Positions 43,570 through 53,275 of a stretch of 64,000 bases of DNA are shown one piece after another. This stretch comes from a virus. The first letter of the stretch is position 1. Each line of letters starts with the position of its first letter. The notes below the pieces were generated by a model. It did no database searches, was not told where the DNA came from, and saw only the letters and a program-made list of their open reading frames with translations. Position numbers and translations under genes: made by a program. Location of the stretch: IMG/VR virus record IMGVR_UViG_3300047548_001818, positions 7,133 to 71,132 of that record; one strand, 5' to 3'.

Positions 43570-44645
43570 GACATTCTTCTTTAAAAGAATATGAAAAATC
43601 TCTTTCAGGTGGTGAACCCACCTGGAAAAACGGAAACGAATCCATAACCAGAGCACTAAACTGGTACAACTATCATTCCGACACCAAAGAGAGTAAAAAA
43701 TTCACAATCTCTTATCTGAAAGAAATAAAAGCAGATAAGAAGGATATTGAAATTCTCGAAAAGGTATCGGATGAATATTTCAAAAATCTGGGATTCGTTT
43801 GCCGAATGAAACTTCGTGGTGCACCTTTCTCCAAAAAAGAAGAGATGTGGATCCAAGATTCTATTGAAAATCTAAAAAAGAAAAATACACAATCTTCGGT
43901 TACTGTCGAATCGACACCAACAGTATCCATACAAGAACGTGTTGCAGAAAAAACAAAATATTTTATTGCTGAAATTGAAGGTGCAATAGATGACTGTCTT
44001 TTTGTTAAAGATTTCACTCTGTTTGATCCTTACGAACAAATGCAAGCTTTGGGTATGAAGGCTGCACATTCAAATGCTTTGGTAAAATTTTTCGATAAAC
44101 GTCGAGAAGAAATTTCCCTTGCTCTTAAGGATAAAGAATTGGCCGAGGGCTATTCAAACTTCAAAAAAACAGAACTAAAAGAGTATTTGAAACTGCTGGA
44201 AAAAATTATTGCTGATGCAAAAAAACTTGCACACAATGCAAAGCTTTCTAGGGCTCCAAGGAAGAAAAAAGCTAAACCTGTTGATAAGGTTGTTGCCAAA
44301 ATGCAGTATAAGAAAGAAGACAATGGGTATAAGATTGTTTCTATTAATCCTGTTGACCTTGTGGGTTGTACTCAACTTTGGGTATTTAATACCAAAACAA
44401 GGAAACTCGGAGTCTATAATTCCGTCGATGCGGATGGTTTGAATGTGAAAGGTACAACAATAGTTAATTTTAATGAAGAAACTTCAATACAGAAAACCTT
44501 GAGGAAACCAGAAGTTACTTTACCTGAGGTAATTAAATCCGGTAAAGTTGCAATTAGAAAGTTGCTTCCTAACATCAATGCAGTTGAGCAAAAGTTGACA
44601 GGAAGAATAAATGCTGATACAATTCTTCTCAGAGCTATTAAATAA
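43566..44645 (+). CDS. hypothetical protein (359 aa), Lys-rich
   Basis: ORF in the replication/repair neighbourhood. No motif recognised. Confidence 0.45.
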   Translation: MRHSSLKEYEKSLSGGEPTWKNGNESITRALNWYNYHSDTKESKKFTISYLKEIKADKKDIEILEKVSDEYFKNLGFVCRMKLRGAPFSKKEEMWIQDSIENLKKKNTQSSVTVESTPTVSIQERVAEKTKYFIAEIEGAIDDCLFVKDFTLFDPYEQMQALGMKAAHSNALVKFFDKRREEISLALKDKELAEGYSNFKKTELKEYLKLLEKIIADAKKLAHNAKLSRAPRKKKAKPVDKVVAKMQYKKEDNGYKIVSINPVDLVGCTQLWVFNTKTRKLGVYNSVDADGLNVKGTTIVNFNEETSIQKTLRKPEVTLPEVIKSGKVAIRKLLPNINAVEQKLTGRINADTILLRAIK

Positions 44646-44653
44646 AGGTTTTT

Positions 44654-45502
44654 ATGATTCTCATTGATTTGAACCAAGTTTTGCTGTCCGGTTTGATGGC
44701 ACAAATTGGTGGTCAAAAAAATATCAAGCTTGAAGAAGGCTTGGTGCGTCACATGGTTTTGAACATTCTCCGTTCACACGTAAAACAATTTCGCAACGAA
44801 TATGGTGAAGTTGTTCTCTGCTGCGACAATAAAAAATATTGGCGTAAAGAGTTTTTCCCGTTCTATAAAGCTGGTCGTAAGAAAACCCGTGAAAAATCGG
44901 AACTTGATTGGCATTTGATTTTCGATATCCTCGGTAATCTTAAAAATGAACTTAGGGAAAATTTCCCGTACAAAGTTATTGATGTTGAAGGTGCTGAGGC
45001 TGATGATATCATTGGCACACTGACTCCTCTTTTTTCGAATAGCGAAAAGATCCTGATTCTGTCCAGTGATGGCGACTTTCTGCAATTGCAACAATATAAG
45101 AACGTCAAACAATATAATCCAACACAGAAAAAATTTATTAAATCGGTTGATCCTCTTTTGGAACTAAAAGAGAAGATTATCACTGGCGATAAAGGTGACG
45201 GTATTCCGAACGTACTTTCTCCTTCAGATTGTTTCGTGCGTGAAATGCGCCAGAAACCTATCACCAAGAATAAAATGCAGCAAATGCTTTCAGAAAGCTT
45301 TTCTGACTGGCAAGATGAAGAAGCCAAAGTTGGTTTTTCTAGGAATCAAGTTTTGATTGATTTGCGTAATATTCCTGAAGAAATTAAAAAATCGATTATT
45401 GATACATATAATAATACAAAGCCGTGCCCACGTTCCAAGCTTATTAATTATTTTATGGATAAAAAGCTTAAGAACCTTATGGACGTTATAGAGGAATTTT
45501 AA
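44654..45502 (+). CDS. rnh: RNase H / 5'-3' flap exonuclease (T4 rnh homologue)
   Basis: Colinear with T4 RNase H. KILILSSDGDFLQLQQYKNVKQYNP vs T4 KILIISSDGDFTQLHKYPNVKQWSP. EGAEADDIIG vs DKYEADDHIA. ITGDKGDGIPNV vs ILKGDKKDNVASV. Confidence 0.85.
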   Translation: MILIDLNQVLLSGLMAQIGGQKNIKLEEGLVRHMVLNILRSHVKQFRNEYGEVVLCCDNKKYWRKEFFPFYKAGRKKTREKSELDWHLIFDILGNLKNELRENFPYKVIDVEGAEADDIIGTLTPLFSNSEKILILSSDGDFLQLQQYKNVKQYNPTQKKFIKSVDPLLELKEKIITGDKGDGIPNVLSPSDCFVREMRQKPITKNKMQQMLSESFSDWQDEEAKVGFSRNQVLIDLRNIPEEIKKSIIDTYNNTKPCPRSKLINYFMDKKLKNLMDVIEEF

Positions 45503-45927
45503 TGAGAAAAAACATTTATGAAATTTTTGACGAATTTGCTGCGGTAAGTTCCAAAAAAGAAAAGATTGAAGTATTAGCTAAAAACTGGAATCCAACACTT
45601 AGATTGGTGTTGCAGCTTGCTTATGATCCTAATATTAATTGGATCGTTAAGGAGAAACCGGCCAACTATAAAAAGCCTGATACTGCACCGGGTATTTCTT
45701 TTAGCACATTGAATACGGAATTACGCAGATTGTATCTTTTTCAATCTGGAAATCCAAGTGCCGAAAAACTCACACCAAAAAGGCGCGAGGAACTTTTGTT
45801 GATTTTGCTAGAATCTCTTGAGCCAAGAGAAGCAGACGTAATAATTGGTATTTTCAAAAAAGATTTGGGTGTCAAAGGATTGACATATAAGTTTATCCGA
45901 GACAACATTCCTGGAGTTCTACAATAA
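45502..45927 (+). CDS. hypothetical protein at the dsbA-syntenic position downstream of rnh
   Basis: ORF only. T4 has dsbA next to rnh but no sequence match was established here. Confidence 0.35.
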   Translation: MRKNIYEIFDEFAAVSSKKEKIEVLAKNWNPTLRLVLQLAYDPNINWIVKEKPANYKKPDTAPGISFSTLNTELRRLYLFQSGNPSAEKLTPKRREELLLILLESLEPREADVIIGIFKKDLGVKGLTYKFIRDNIPGVLQ

Positions 45928-45964
45928 GTAGAATAATTTTTAACTAAGACTAATGGAGTTTTAA

Positions 45965-46150
45965 GTGGGTAAAACTTTTAATAAATCTCGTCAAGGCCGT
46001 GATTACTACGAAGACGAATTTATTTACGAAAAAATTGATAATAAGAAGCGTAAAAAACAAAACGCTGAATTGAGGAAAATGAGAATGCGTCAGTTTGACG
46101 ATGATAATTATGGATACGAAAGTAATTCCAAAACATATCGTTATCGTTGA
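45965..46150 (+). CDS. small basic hypothetical protein
   Basis: GTG/ATG region ORF rich in R/K/Y. Confidence 0.3.
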   Translation: MGKTFNKSRQGRDYYEDEFIYEKIDNKKRKKQNAELRKMRMRQFDDDNYGYESNSKTYRYR

Positions 46151-46225
46151 GTTGTAATCCTACAACACAAAGCTTGATTTTAACCTAACAGCATTGTATA
46201 ATGTAAGCTTGTTAGGAGATTTGTT

Positions 46226-46555
46226 ATGATGATCTATGCTAGGATTAAAAAGTCCAAACCGAAACTTCGCCCCAAAAAAGAACGTGAAGAATATGAGGCT
46301 TGGCTTCAAAAACACAAAGTCGGTGTTAAGGTGAAATCGTCTTATCAACCACTGTCTTATAGTCTATCTACGCCAGCAGGTAGAGAAACGAATCGTATTC
46401 CTTCGTTGAATACGGGAAATTCTCCTGCTCTTGCTAAGGACAAAAAAACGTACACTGGCACAAAAATGCTTGGTATCGGAACTCTGCATAAATCAAATGC
46501 AGTTCCGGTCTTTTCCGAAGAAGAAGCACAAGATATGGCCAAAATGAGGCGATAA
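46226..46555 (+). CDS. basic hypothetical protein (109 aa)
   Basis: AGGAG RBS. Lys/Arg-rich. Confidence 0.4.
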   Translation: MMIYARIKKSKPKLRPKKEREEYEAWLQKHKVGVKVKSSYQPLSYSLSTPAGRETNRIPSLNTGNSPALAKDKKTYTGTKMLGIGTLHKSNAVPVFSEEEAQDMAKMRR

Positions 46556-46683
46556 AATGGATAAGATACAAATTAAAATCAAGACACCTAAACCTTTTTG
46601 TCGAACACCGATCAAGCCGGTGCAAGCACACAAAAATAGTGTAAAATATTCTCGTCAACCCAAACACCGTAATAAGGAAAATT

Positions 46684-46833
46684 ATGCTCACTGAAAGTGA
46701 AATCAAAGAAATTGAAGACCGTCTGTATAGTATGTCTTGGGAAGAGTTGCAGGAAACACTGATGCATGTTGAAATGCTCGCTGCAATGAAGGCTAATAAG
46801 ATTGTTTTCTCTGAATTTGATAAGGTGCAGTAA
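46684..46833 (+). CDS. small hypothetical protein (49 aa)
   Basis: AAGGAAA RBS then MLTESEIKEIEDRLYSMSWEEL... Below the ORF-track cutoff. Confidence 0.3.
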   Translation: MLTESEIKEIEDRLYSMSWEELQETLMHVEMLAAMKANKIVFSEFDKVQ

Positions 46834-47216
46834 TGATTGACGACAGAAGTGATAAATTTTGGCACTCTTTTCATCTTTTTGAAGAAATTCTTGATGATAC
46901 ACAAATTGATTGTTTAGTTTATGAACTTATTAAGTTCAGACCCAACTTGGCCAACGATCTTTATTTTGAATTAGATAAAAATTTAGTAAAAAAGACGCCT
47001 TGGCACGAAGAATTGACTAAAGTTGTGCATGAATGGGTCAATCCAACACAAAAAACTTACGGTCCAATTACAATTGAAGATGCCAATGACGGGTCTGGCG
47101 ACGGAATTCTCACTTTTCCGCCGGAATTTCTTGAGGAAACAGGCTGGAAAGAAGGAGACACGATTTCCATGGAAGTTTCCGACGACGGAAAACTAATTTT
47201 GCGAAAAAAAGACTAA
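46833..47216 (+). CDS. hypothetical protein (127 aa)
   Basis: ORF only. Confidence 0.4.
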   Translation: MIDDRSDKFWHSFHLFEEILDDTQIDCLVYELIKFRPNLANDLYFELDKNLVKKTPWHEELTKVVHEWVNPTQKTYGPITIEDANDGSGDGILTFPPEFLEETGWKEGDTISMEVSDDGKLILRKKD

Positions 47217-47230
47217 TTTTTTCAAAAAAC

Positions 47231-47258
47231 TTGACTTTTTTTGTGATTTTGCTAAAAT
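47231..47258 (+). promoter_or_regulatory. sigma70-like promoter (TTGACT-16-TAAAAT)
   Basis: ttgact ttttttgtgattttgc taaaat followed by an AGGAGA RBS for the vWA gene. Confidence 0.5.
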
Positions 47259-47286
47259 ACATACACAAAATCACTTAGGAGAAATC

Positions 47287-49509
47287 ATGCTTATCGAAGC
47301 CAAATCGAATCTTGCTCGTCTGATGGCTACGGAAAATCTGGTTGTCGAAGAACGAAACGTACAAACAGCTTATTTTGATCCGAAAAATCGAATTTTGACG
47401 GTCCCAATTCTTAACGGCGACCTTTCTTCTGAACTTTATGACCTCCTTCTTGGTCATGAAGTTGGTCATGCTTTGGAAACTCCACCTGAAGGTTGGCATG
47501 ATTCTCTAGTCAAGCACAAAGTAAATAAAAGCATTCTGAATGTGTGTGAGGATGCACGTATTGAGAAAAAAATTAAACGCCGTTTTCCTGGTTTGAAACC
47601 GTCTTTTGCCAAGGGTTACCGAGAACTCTTGGAGATGGACTTCTTTGGCATTAAAGGTGTTGATGTAAATACACTCAATTTTATTGACCGAGTGAATCTG
47701 CACACAAAAGGCGGCGCATATCATGTTATTTCATTTTCCGACGAAGAAAAAGAATTGCTGCGGGAAATTGAAAACACCGAATCCTTCGAAGAGGTTGTTG
47801 AAGTTGCATTGAAAGTGCAACAATATATGAAAGACCTGAAAGATATGGAACAAAAAGAAAAACAAGATAGCAAAAAAGGTCAAAAATCCGATTCAGCCGA
47901 AGAAGGTGAAGAGGAAGAATCTGAATCCTCAGATAAATCTTCCACCGGAAGTGGAGAAGATGACTCAGAAAATAAGATTAAACCGGATGAACTGGACGAT
48001 GACTCATTGGAAATGAAAGAAGTCAACAAAGATGGATCTTCCGAGATTGATGAAAAGGGTAAAGGAAACAAAACCAAGAAATCGATGGAAGGTGGTGATG
48101 GTCCAGAATCCGACATTTCTTCGGTGACCGATCAAAAGTTCCGCGAAAAAGAAAAATCCCTTTACAACAACACAAATAAATCCGATATCATCTATTCTAA
48201 CATTCCCGAGTATGATTCGGAAAAATGCATCTTTTCATATAAAGAGATTTTGCAAATTGTCGAGGAAGAAAACAAAAACTTTGTGGACAACTATACCAGG
48301 GAAAAATGTTATCGTCCCGAAGAAATGATGCAAAGTTTTGTGAAGTATAAAAACCAATCGAATAAAGTGGTTTCGTACCTCGTCAAAGAATTTGAAATGC
48401 GTAAAAACGCAGAAAAACAAAACCGTGCTAGGACTTCCAAGACCGGTGAATTGAACATGGATAAAATCTATGAATACAAATTAACCGATGACATTTTCAA
48501 ACGTATGACTAATGTGCCCAATGGTAAATCTCATGGGCTTGTCATGTTCGTTGACTGGTCCGGTTCTATGGACGAACACCTTGGTCCGACCGTTAAACAG
48601 CTTTTTAACTTGGTCATGTTTTGCAAGAAGGTTAACATTCCGTATGAGGTATATGCTTTCACCTCAAATGGTATGGAAAATGTTCCACAAAGCAAACGAG
48701 TGCGTCAAAAACAAAAAGTTGGTGACCTTCAAGTGAATTTTCAATTCAATTTGCTGAATATTCTTTCCAGTAAAATGACGAATAAGGAATTCATGAAAAT
48801 GGCTTCCATTCTATATTACATTGGTTGTGAAAAGCCGAGGTATGGTGGAATCATGATTGTTCCCGAAATTCTTCGTTTGAGTGGTACTCCTCTGAATTCT
48901 GCAATTGTTGCAGCATTTGATATTGTTCCGAAGTTCAAAAAGAATAACAGACTTCAAATTGTGAATACTCTGTTTCTAACCGACGGTGAAAGCTCCATGC
49001 TTGAGGGTCGAATTAGTTTCCAAGAACGTGAAAGCAAACGTTTTGTTGTGTTGAATGAGAATGTTCCGACGACCAGACGCCGTTGTTTCTACCGTGATCC
49101 GGTAACAAAAGCAACCGTAGAGGTTACATATCGTAATTATTCTATTTCTGGTGCAGAAACGGAAACTTTGCTGAAACTGCTGAAACAGCGTGTAGACTCC
49201 AATCTAATTGGTTTCTATGTGGCCCGTCGAAGAGACATTAACAATGCAATTAGTATGTTTTGTTCCGATGAAAAAGAAGCTAATAAGCTTAAGCTTGAAT
49301 TTCAGAAAAATGACAATACTGTCATCACAACATATGGATATGATGAATATTATATGTTGCGTTCTGAGAGTCTGAACACCGAAGATGATGAAGATTTTGA
49401 GGTGAACAGTACAACGACACGGGGGCTTGTTAGTGCTTTTTCTAAATACACGGGTGGTAAAACATCGTCCCGTGTCATTTTGAACCGGTTCATCAAACTT
49501 ATTGCATAA
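47287..49509 (+). CDS. CobT-like vWA-domain protein with an HExxH motif and an acidic low-complexity insert
   Basis: MIDAS motif VMFVDWSGSMDEH. N-terminal LLGHEVGHAL. About 90-aa D/E/S-rich region (47860-48130). Resembles phage CobT/vWA proteins that usually pair with a CobS AAA+ ATPase, which is not in this window. Confidence 0.5.
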   Translation: MLIEAKSNLARLMATENLVVEERNVQTAYFDPKNRILTVPILNGDLSSELYDLLLGHEVGHALETPPEGWHDSLVKHKVNKSILNVCEDARIEKKIKRRFPGLKPSFAKGYRELLEMDFFGIKGVDVNTLNFIDRVNLHTKGGAYHVISFSDEEKELLREIENTESFEEVVEVALKVQQYMKDLKDMEQKEKQDSKKGQKSDSAEEGEEEESESSDKSSTGSGEDDSENKIKPDELDDDSLEMKEVNKDGSSEIDEKGKGNKTKKSMEGGDGPESDISSVTDQKFREKEKSLYNNTNKSDIIYSNIPEYDSEKCIFSYKEILQIVEEENKNFVDNYTREKCYRPEEMMQSFVKYKNQSNKVVSYLVKEFEMRKNAEKQNRARTSKTGELNMDKIYEYKLTDDIFKRMTNVPNGKSHGLVMFVDWSGSMDEHLGPTVKQLFNLVMFCKKVNIPYEVYAFTSNGMENVPQSKRVRQKQKVGDLQVNFQFNLLNILSSKMTNKEFMKMASILYYIGCEKPRYGGIMIVPEILRLSGTPLNSAIVAAFDIVPKFKKNNRLQIVNTLFLTDGESSMLEGRISFQERESKRFVVLNENVPTTRRRCFYRDPVTKATVEVTYRNYSISGAETETLLKLLKQRVDSNLIGFYVARRRDINNAISMFCSDEKEANKLKLEFQKNDNTVITTYGYDEYYMLRSESLNTEDDEDFEVNSTTTRGLVSAFSKYTGGKTSSRVILNRFIKLIA

Positions 49510-49515
49510 TATGGA

Positions 49516-49911
49516 ATGACGACAAAGAAAAAGCAGTTTAAGGCTCACCTTATCAAGTATCGAACAAAAGATAATTCAAAGTTCCTGTGGTTCTGGGTCA
49601 ACCCAGAATCCGGGTCCACTTTGTCTCCGTTTTTTCAAACACAGGAATTAGCCGAGGCTTGGTTCGATGAGATTCTTATGGTGCATAACGAAACATACAA
49701 TTTAATTGATAGGGTCAAGAACGGTAAGTTTTATATGATTCGTGCAAGGGTCGATGTGGAAGAAATGTTAACAACACCTAAAACGTTTGAGTGCCCGTTT
49801 ACAATTCATCTAGAAGATGATATAATTGATGTAGAAGTTCTCGGAGTCTCTTTAGAGGACGCCAAATCGAGAGTCGAAGAATATTTTGATATTATAGAAT
49901 GGATTGAATAA
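49516..49911 (+). CDS. hypothetical protein (131 aa)
   Basis: ORF only. Confidence 0.4.
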   Translation: MTTKKKQFKAHLIKYRTKDNSKFLWFWVNPESGSTLSPFFQTQELAEAWFDEILMVHNETYNLIDRVKNGKFYMIRARVDVEEMLTTPKTFECPFTIHLEDDIIDVEVLGVSLEDAKSRVEEYFDIIEWIE

Positions 49912-50207
49912 TGTTTGATGATATTGAATTTGAAATTAAGGAATACCCCATACAGGGTAAGATGGTCATTGGAACATATACATTATCCATGGCTGAGGCA
50001 ATAAAACTTAACAACCAAATGACGGGCATGGTTGTCAAAGAAAACCTAACCCAAAAGATGGTTAATTTTATTTTGGAAAACAAGCTGGCCGAATTCACGA
50101 TGCAAGAAAGCCCCGTGGATATAACCAAAACATATCGAATCCGTTGTTTCCTCACACCAGACGATCAGGTGCGAGTGATACGTAAACTACATGATGTAAA
50201 TGTATGA
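49911..50207 (+). CDS. hypothetical protein (98 aa)
   Basis: ORF with overlapping stop/start. Confidence 0.4.
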   Translation: MFDDIEFEIKEYPIQGKMVIGTYTLSMAEAIKLNNQMTGMVVKENLTQKMVNFILENKLAEFTMQESPVDITKTYRIRCFLTPDDQVRVIRKLHDVNV

Positions 50208-50333
50208 CTGAGGAAGAATCCAGTGAGGTCCTAGCGCGCCTCCTGCAAAAGTATGGTGAAGACTTACCGGACCCAGAACACTATCCACAGATTTTTAGTT
50301 ATTTGGTAAAACTATACCTCCGTGAATTGAGAC

Positions 50334-50915
50334 TTGAAAATGCAAACCCAATTTGACCCCTCCGCCGTATCATTTACAGTTGCTGGTAAAGCAATCAAAC
50401 ACCTAGCAAAACTACACCTAAACGAAAAGCTCAAGAACGTTCCATACAAACTCCGAGAATTCACAATAGCCAATTGTGTTCTTTCCGGTGGTTGTTTTGC
50501 GTCCCTTTTCCACAACGAAAAGGTCAACGACTTTGACCTCTACCTCAAAAACATTTCCATGATAGTGGAATTAAACAACCTCCTTAAAGAATACAAAGGT
50601 TTGAATAAAGAATTGGTAGAAGAAGCTTATGCTGATGTTTTCGTAGACGGTAAACTCACAACCATAAAAGCAGTCACCTTAGACAATAGACTACAGTATA
50701 TCACTATGGTGGACTTCCAAACCGCAAAGCAAAACATGGATTATGTCCATTGTACGGTGAGCTATGATCCGTCTAAGGATACTCTATGGCTCTCAGAACT
50801 CCAATTTGATTGCATTCAAAACAAAAAATTGGTTGCTAATAACCTAACATCAATCACTGCTAAAAGGGGAGAAAAATTCCGTAGTAGGGGTTGGGTTTCA
50901 TCATTTAGACCATGA
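50334..50915 (+). CDS. hypothetical protein (193 aa)
   Basis: ORF only. Confidence 0.4.
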   Translation: MKMQTQFDPSAVSFTVAGKAIKHLAKLHLNEKLKNVPYKLREFTIANCVLSGGCFASLFHNEKVNDFDLYLKNISMIVELNNLLKEYKGLNKELVEEAYADVFVDGKLTTIKAVTLDNRLQYITMVDFQTAKQNMDYVHCTVSYDPSKDTLWLSELQFDCIQNKKLVANNLTSITAKRGEKFRSRGWVSSFRP

Positions 50916-51334
50916 AAACGATTATTGCGGGTTCCAGAGACTTCAATGATTTCGATTACATGAAAGCATACCTTGCTACGATACCACCATGGATAGAAAT
51001 CACTGAGGTCGTTTCCGGATGCGCCCAAGGTGCAGATACGCTAGGAGAGAAATGGGCAGAACTCAAAAGAATTCCAGTAAAACGCTTTCCAGCAGAATGG
51101 GAAAGACTAGGTAAGAGAGCAGGTCCAATAAGAAACGCAGAGATGGGAATCTATGCAGAAGGGCTCATTGCTTTTTGGGACGGTAAATCCAGAGGTACAC
51201 AACACATGATACTGTTCATGCAGCAGAATAATAAGTGGACCTATGTGGTACGTACAGATATACCCTGGTGTGGTAAGTATGAAAACCGAAGCCCCGTGTT
51301 AAACAATGTAGAGTATACACAAGAGAGATTATGA
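50912..51334 (+). CDS. SLOG/DUF2493-like Rossmann-fold protein (DprA/LOG-related nucleotide-binding fold)
   Basis: IIAGSRDF...VVSGCAQGADTLGEKWA...GPIRNAEM...FWDGKSRGTQHMI follows the G-x-R / G-A-D / G-T pattern of SLOG-family proteins, from memory. Confidence 0.4.
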   Translation: MKTIIAGSRDFNDFDYMKAYLATIPPWIEITEVVSGCAQGADTLGEKWAELKRIPVKRFPAEWERLGKRAGPIRNAEMGIYAEGLIAFWDGKSRGTQHMILFMQQNNKWTYVVRTDIPWCGKYENRSPVLNNVEYTQERL

Positions 51335-51519
51335 ACTACGTAGAATCATTCTTAACCATATCAATATACCAACTGAACCTATTCTCATTTATGTTAGGTA
51401 TGGTATATACCCTATGTAATGTGCGCTGGGGTAACCAGTCAAAACTCTGGATGCATGTAGTGATTTACACTATGTTCGTAGCATTGTATTATTTTGCGAA
51501 GAGTAATGGTTACGTATAA
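51331..51519 (+). CDS. small membrane protein (62 aa)
   Basis: Two hydrophobic segments. Confidence 0.35.
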   Translation: MNYVESFLTISIYQLNLFSFMLGMVYTLCNVRWGNQSKLWMHVVIYTMFVALYYFAKSNGYV

Positions 51520-51693
51520 ATTTCGAAACTCCTCTGGAACCTCCTGGAAAAAATTTTGAGGATGTGCTAGATAGAAAACTCGAAAATGTGCTGGGGCCTC
51601 CAGAAAATAAATTTTAGAAAAAAAGAGTTTGGGCCATAGGCGAAAATTACTTACATAGCGTTATTTTTAGCACACTGCTGCCATATTTTTAGA

Positions 51694-51720
51694 GCCAAAA
51701 AAGGGCGCCGAAGCGCCCCT
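51694..51720 (-). terminator. rho-independent terminator closing the minus-strand mini-gene cassette array
   Basis: On the minus strand: ggggcgc-ttcg-gcgccc followed by ttttttgg. Confidence 0.7.
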
Positions 51721-51740
51721 AAATCACTGCCAGCCCCAAC

Positions 51741-51839
51741 TTAAACCACTGCCCTCCACACCATCAGGTCCAGAGCAAGCACAACAGCCGCAGCCATACC
51801 AACCACCACGAAACCGATCATTTCTGCTTTAGTATACAT
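51741..51839 (-). CDS. 32-aa hydrophobic peptide
   Basis: MYTKAEMIGFVVVGMAAAVVLALDLMVWRAVV with an AAGGAG RBS. High GC. Confidence 0.4.
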   Translation of the reverse strand: MYTKAEMIGFVVVGMAAAVVLALDLMVWRAVV

Positions 51840-51850
51840 TTGTTTACTCC

Positions 51851-52072
51851 TTAGGCGATTTCTTTACGAATTTGGGACTCTTGCAATTCAGCCTGACGCT
51901 TGGCTGCGGTGCTGAGGTCTTCAGCGAGGAAAACGAGGTCATCAAAGGCCTCGCGGGCAATCTGGCGGTCGTGGGCGTGTTCAGACTTTTCCAGATCACG
52001 GGTGGCATGGAACTTGACCAGAGCCTCGGCGTAACGGATAGCGGCTTGCTCAACGGTGTGGTTCAGAATCAT
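51851..52072 (-). CDS. hypothetical protein (73 aa), island gene
   Basis: AAGGAG RBS. Preceded (upstream on the minus strand) by degenerate module copy R1. Confidence 0.5.
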   Translation of the reverse strand: MILNHTVEQAAIRYAEALVKFHATRDLEKSEHAHDRQIAREAFDDLVFLAEDLSTAAKRQAELQESQIRKEIA

Positions 52073-52095
52073 TTGGTGCTCCTTTGTTTCAGTGG

Positions 52096-52127
52096 TTGGA
52101 TTATGGCGGATCTGGTAGGAATGGCAA
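52096..52127 (-). repeat. promoter-module repeat R1 (degenerate)
   Basis: ggattatggcggatctggtaggaatggcaact, a diverged copy of the ggattatgacagaatccgtggatttggcaacca core. Confidence 0.45.
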
Positions 52128-52163
52128 CTGTATACTTTAGTATTCCACCGGAGTGGTCAACCA

Positions 52164-52343
52164 TTACTTTTCAATACGGACGCACATGGGTTTTTTAGTG
52201 GTCATTGCCGGGCGGGCATCATCCACGGCCTTGTAGAGGGCTACGGCAGCCACCTCACACTTTTCCTTGGAGGAAAACTCCGGTCCCACGCTCCAAGTGC
52301 TGGCGTGACCAAGAACAACCAAAACCCAAACAATCGTGTTCAT
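52164..52343 (-). CDS. 59-aa secreted/signal-peptide mini-protein
   Basis: MNTIVWVLVVLGHASTW... with an AAGGAAACGAA RBS. One codon under the ORF-track cutoff. Confidence 0.45.
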   Translation of the reverse strand: MNTIVWVLVVLGHASTWSVGPEFSSKEKCEVAAVALYKAVDDARPAMTTKKPMCVRIEK

Positions 52344-52378
52344 TTCGTTTCCTTATCTACTATGGAATGGATTATGAC

Positions 52379-52443
52379 AGGATCCGTGGATTTGGCAACC
52401 ACTCCGGTATTGTTGACCGGAGTGGTGGATTACTTGCCATCCT
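52379..52443 (-). promoter_or_regulatory. PeSL-like cassette R2: stem-loop plus sigma70-like promoter (minus-strand TTGCCA-17-CATAAT)
   Basis: Plus strand reads ggattatgacaggatccgtggatttggcaacca then cactccggt-attgttg-accggagtg hairpin. Read on the minus strand this is hairpin, TTGCCA, 17 nt, CATAAT, ccattccatagtag, RBS. Confidence 0.6.
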
Positions 52444-52636
52444 CCCATGTGCCTGTAGTATAATCCACGGCTTCCGCCACCACCTCACCATCCGGACCAA
52501 ACTTGGTGTAAGAATAAAAGTTTACACCAACCACCTGAGTGTAATAACCTTTGGTTTCTTCCACCACTGACATTTCCACATCATATTCCCGGAGAAGGGC
52601 ATGGAGCTTTTGTTTGAATTCTTCGGTTCTGGTCAT
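52430..52636 (-). CDS. hypothetical protein (68 aa), island gene
   Basis: AAGGAGCACACGATG. Immediately downstream of module R3. Confidence 0.5.
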   Translation of the reverse strand: MTRTEEFKQKLHALLREYDVEMSVVEETKGYYTQVVGVNFYSYTKFGPDGEVVAEAVDYTTGTWEDGK

Positions 52637-52660
52637 CGTGTGCTCCTTCGAATCAATGGT

Positions 52661-52693
52661 TGGATTATGACAGAATCCGTGGATTTGGCAACC
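52661..52693 (-). promoter_or_regulatory. PeSL-like promoter module R3
   Basis: ggattatgacagaatccgtggatttggcaacca (core consensus copy). Confidence 0.6.
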
Positions 52694-52699
52694 AGTGGG

Positions 52700-53059
52700 T
52701 TACAGAAGAACCTCTAGGTCCGAGTGGTCCAGGCGGTCCTCAGCCTCAAAGGTCTCCGGTTCAAACTCCATGAGCTTGGGAGCCTTGGGTTCAGCCTTAG
52801 GCTTCGCCGCCTTCACCACCTTGGCTGGCTTGACCTCCTTACGGAGCACCACGGTATGCGGCACCGGTTCTTGAACCACCTTCACACTCTCCAGCACCTG
52901 GCCAGGCTGGCCATACTTTTTATGGAAGAATGCATCCACCTTCTGCCAGGTCTTACGGAAGGCCTCAGCCTTACCACCATACCAGCCTTCGAAACCATTC
53001 CGATCCTTGCGGAAAACAATGGTAAAATCGGGATAACGGACTTGGGCTTTACGTGCCAT
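52700..53059 (-). CDS. 119-aa protein with a Lys/Ala/Pro-rich histone-H1-like segment (possible DNA binder)
   Basis: KVVKAAKPKAEPKAPK tail after a globular N-domain. AAGGAACAAAAATG RBS. Confidence 0.5.
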   Translation of the reverse strand: MARKAQVRYPDFTIVFRKDRNGFEGWYGGKAEAFRKTWQKVDAFFHKKYGQPGQVLESVKVVQEPVPHTVVLRKEVKPAKVVKAAKPKAEPKAPKLMEFEPETFEAEDRLDHSDLEVLL

Positions 53060-53088
53060 TTTTGTTCCTTTAGTGTATAATTAAGAGT

Positions 53089-53175
53089 TTAACGGAGAGC
53101 CATGGCTAGAGCCAAACCCATGGCAATGCCGGACAGGTAGGTTGTAATGAAAATGAGATTTTGAATTTTTTCCAT
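53089..53175 (-). CDS. 28-aa hydrophobic peptide
   Basis: MEKIQNLIFITTYLSGIAMGLALAMALR directly downstream of module R4. Confidence 0.35.
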   Translation of the reverse strand: MEKIQNLIFITTYLSGIAMGLALAMALR

Positions 53176-53204
53176 TTGGTTTCCTTTCTGATTTACTATG
53201 GAAT

Positions 53205-53275
53205 GGATTCTACAGGTTCTGGAAGGTTTGGCAACCACGGTTGGAATAGTTGACCAATCCGGTGGATTATGCGGC
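53205..53275 (-). promoter_or_regulatory. PeSL-like cassette R4 (variant core plus imperfect hairpin)
   Basis: ggattctacaggttctggaaggtttggcaacca followed by ccacggttgg-aatagttgacc-aatccggtgg. Confidence 0.5.
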
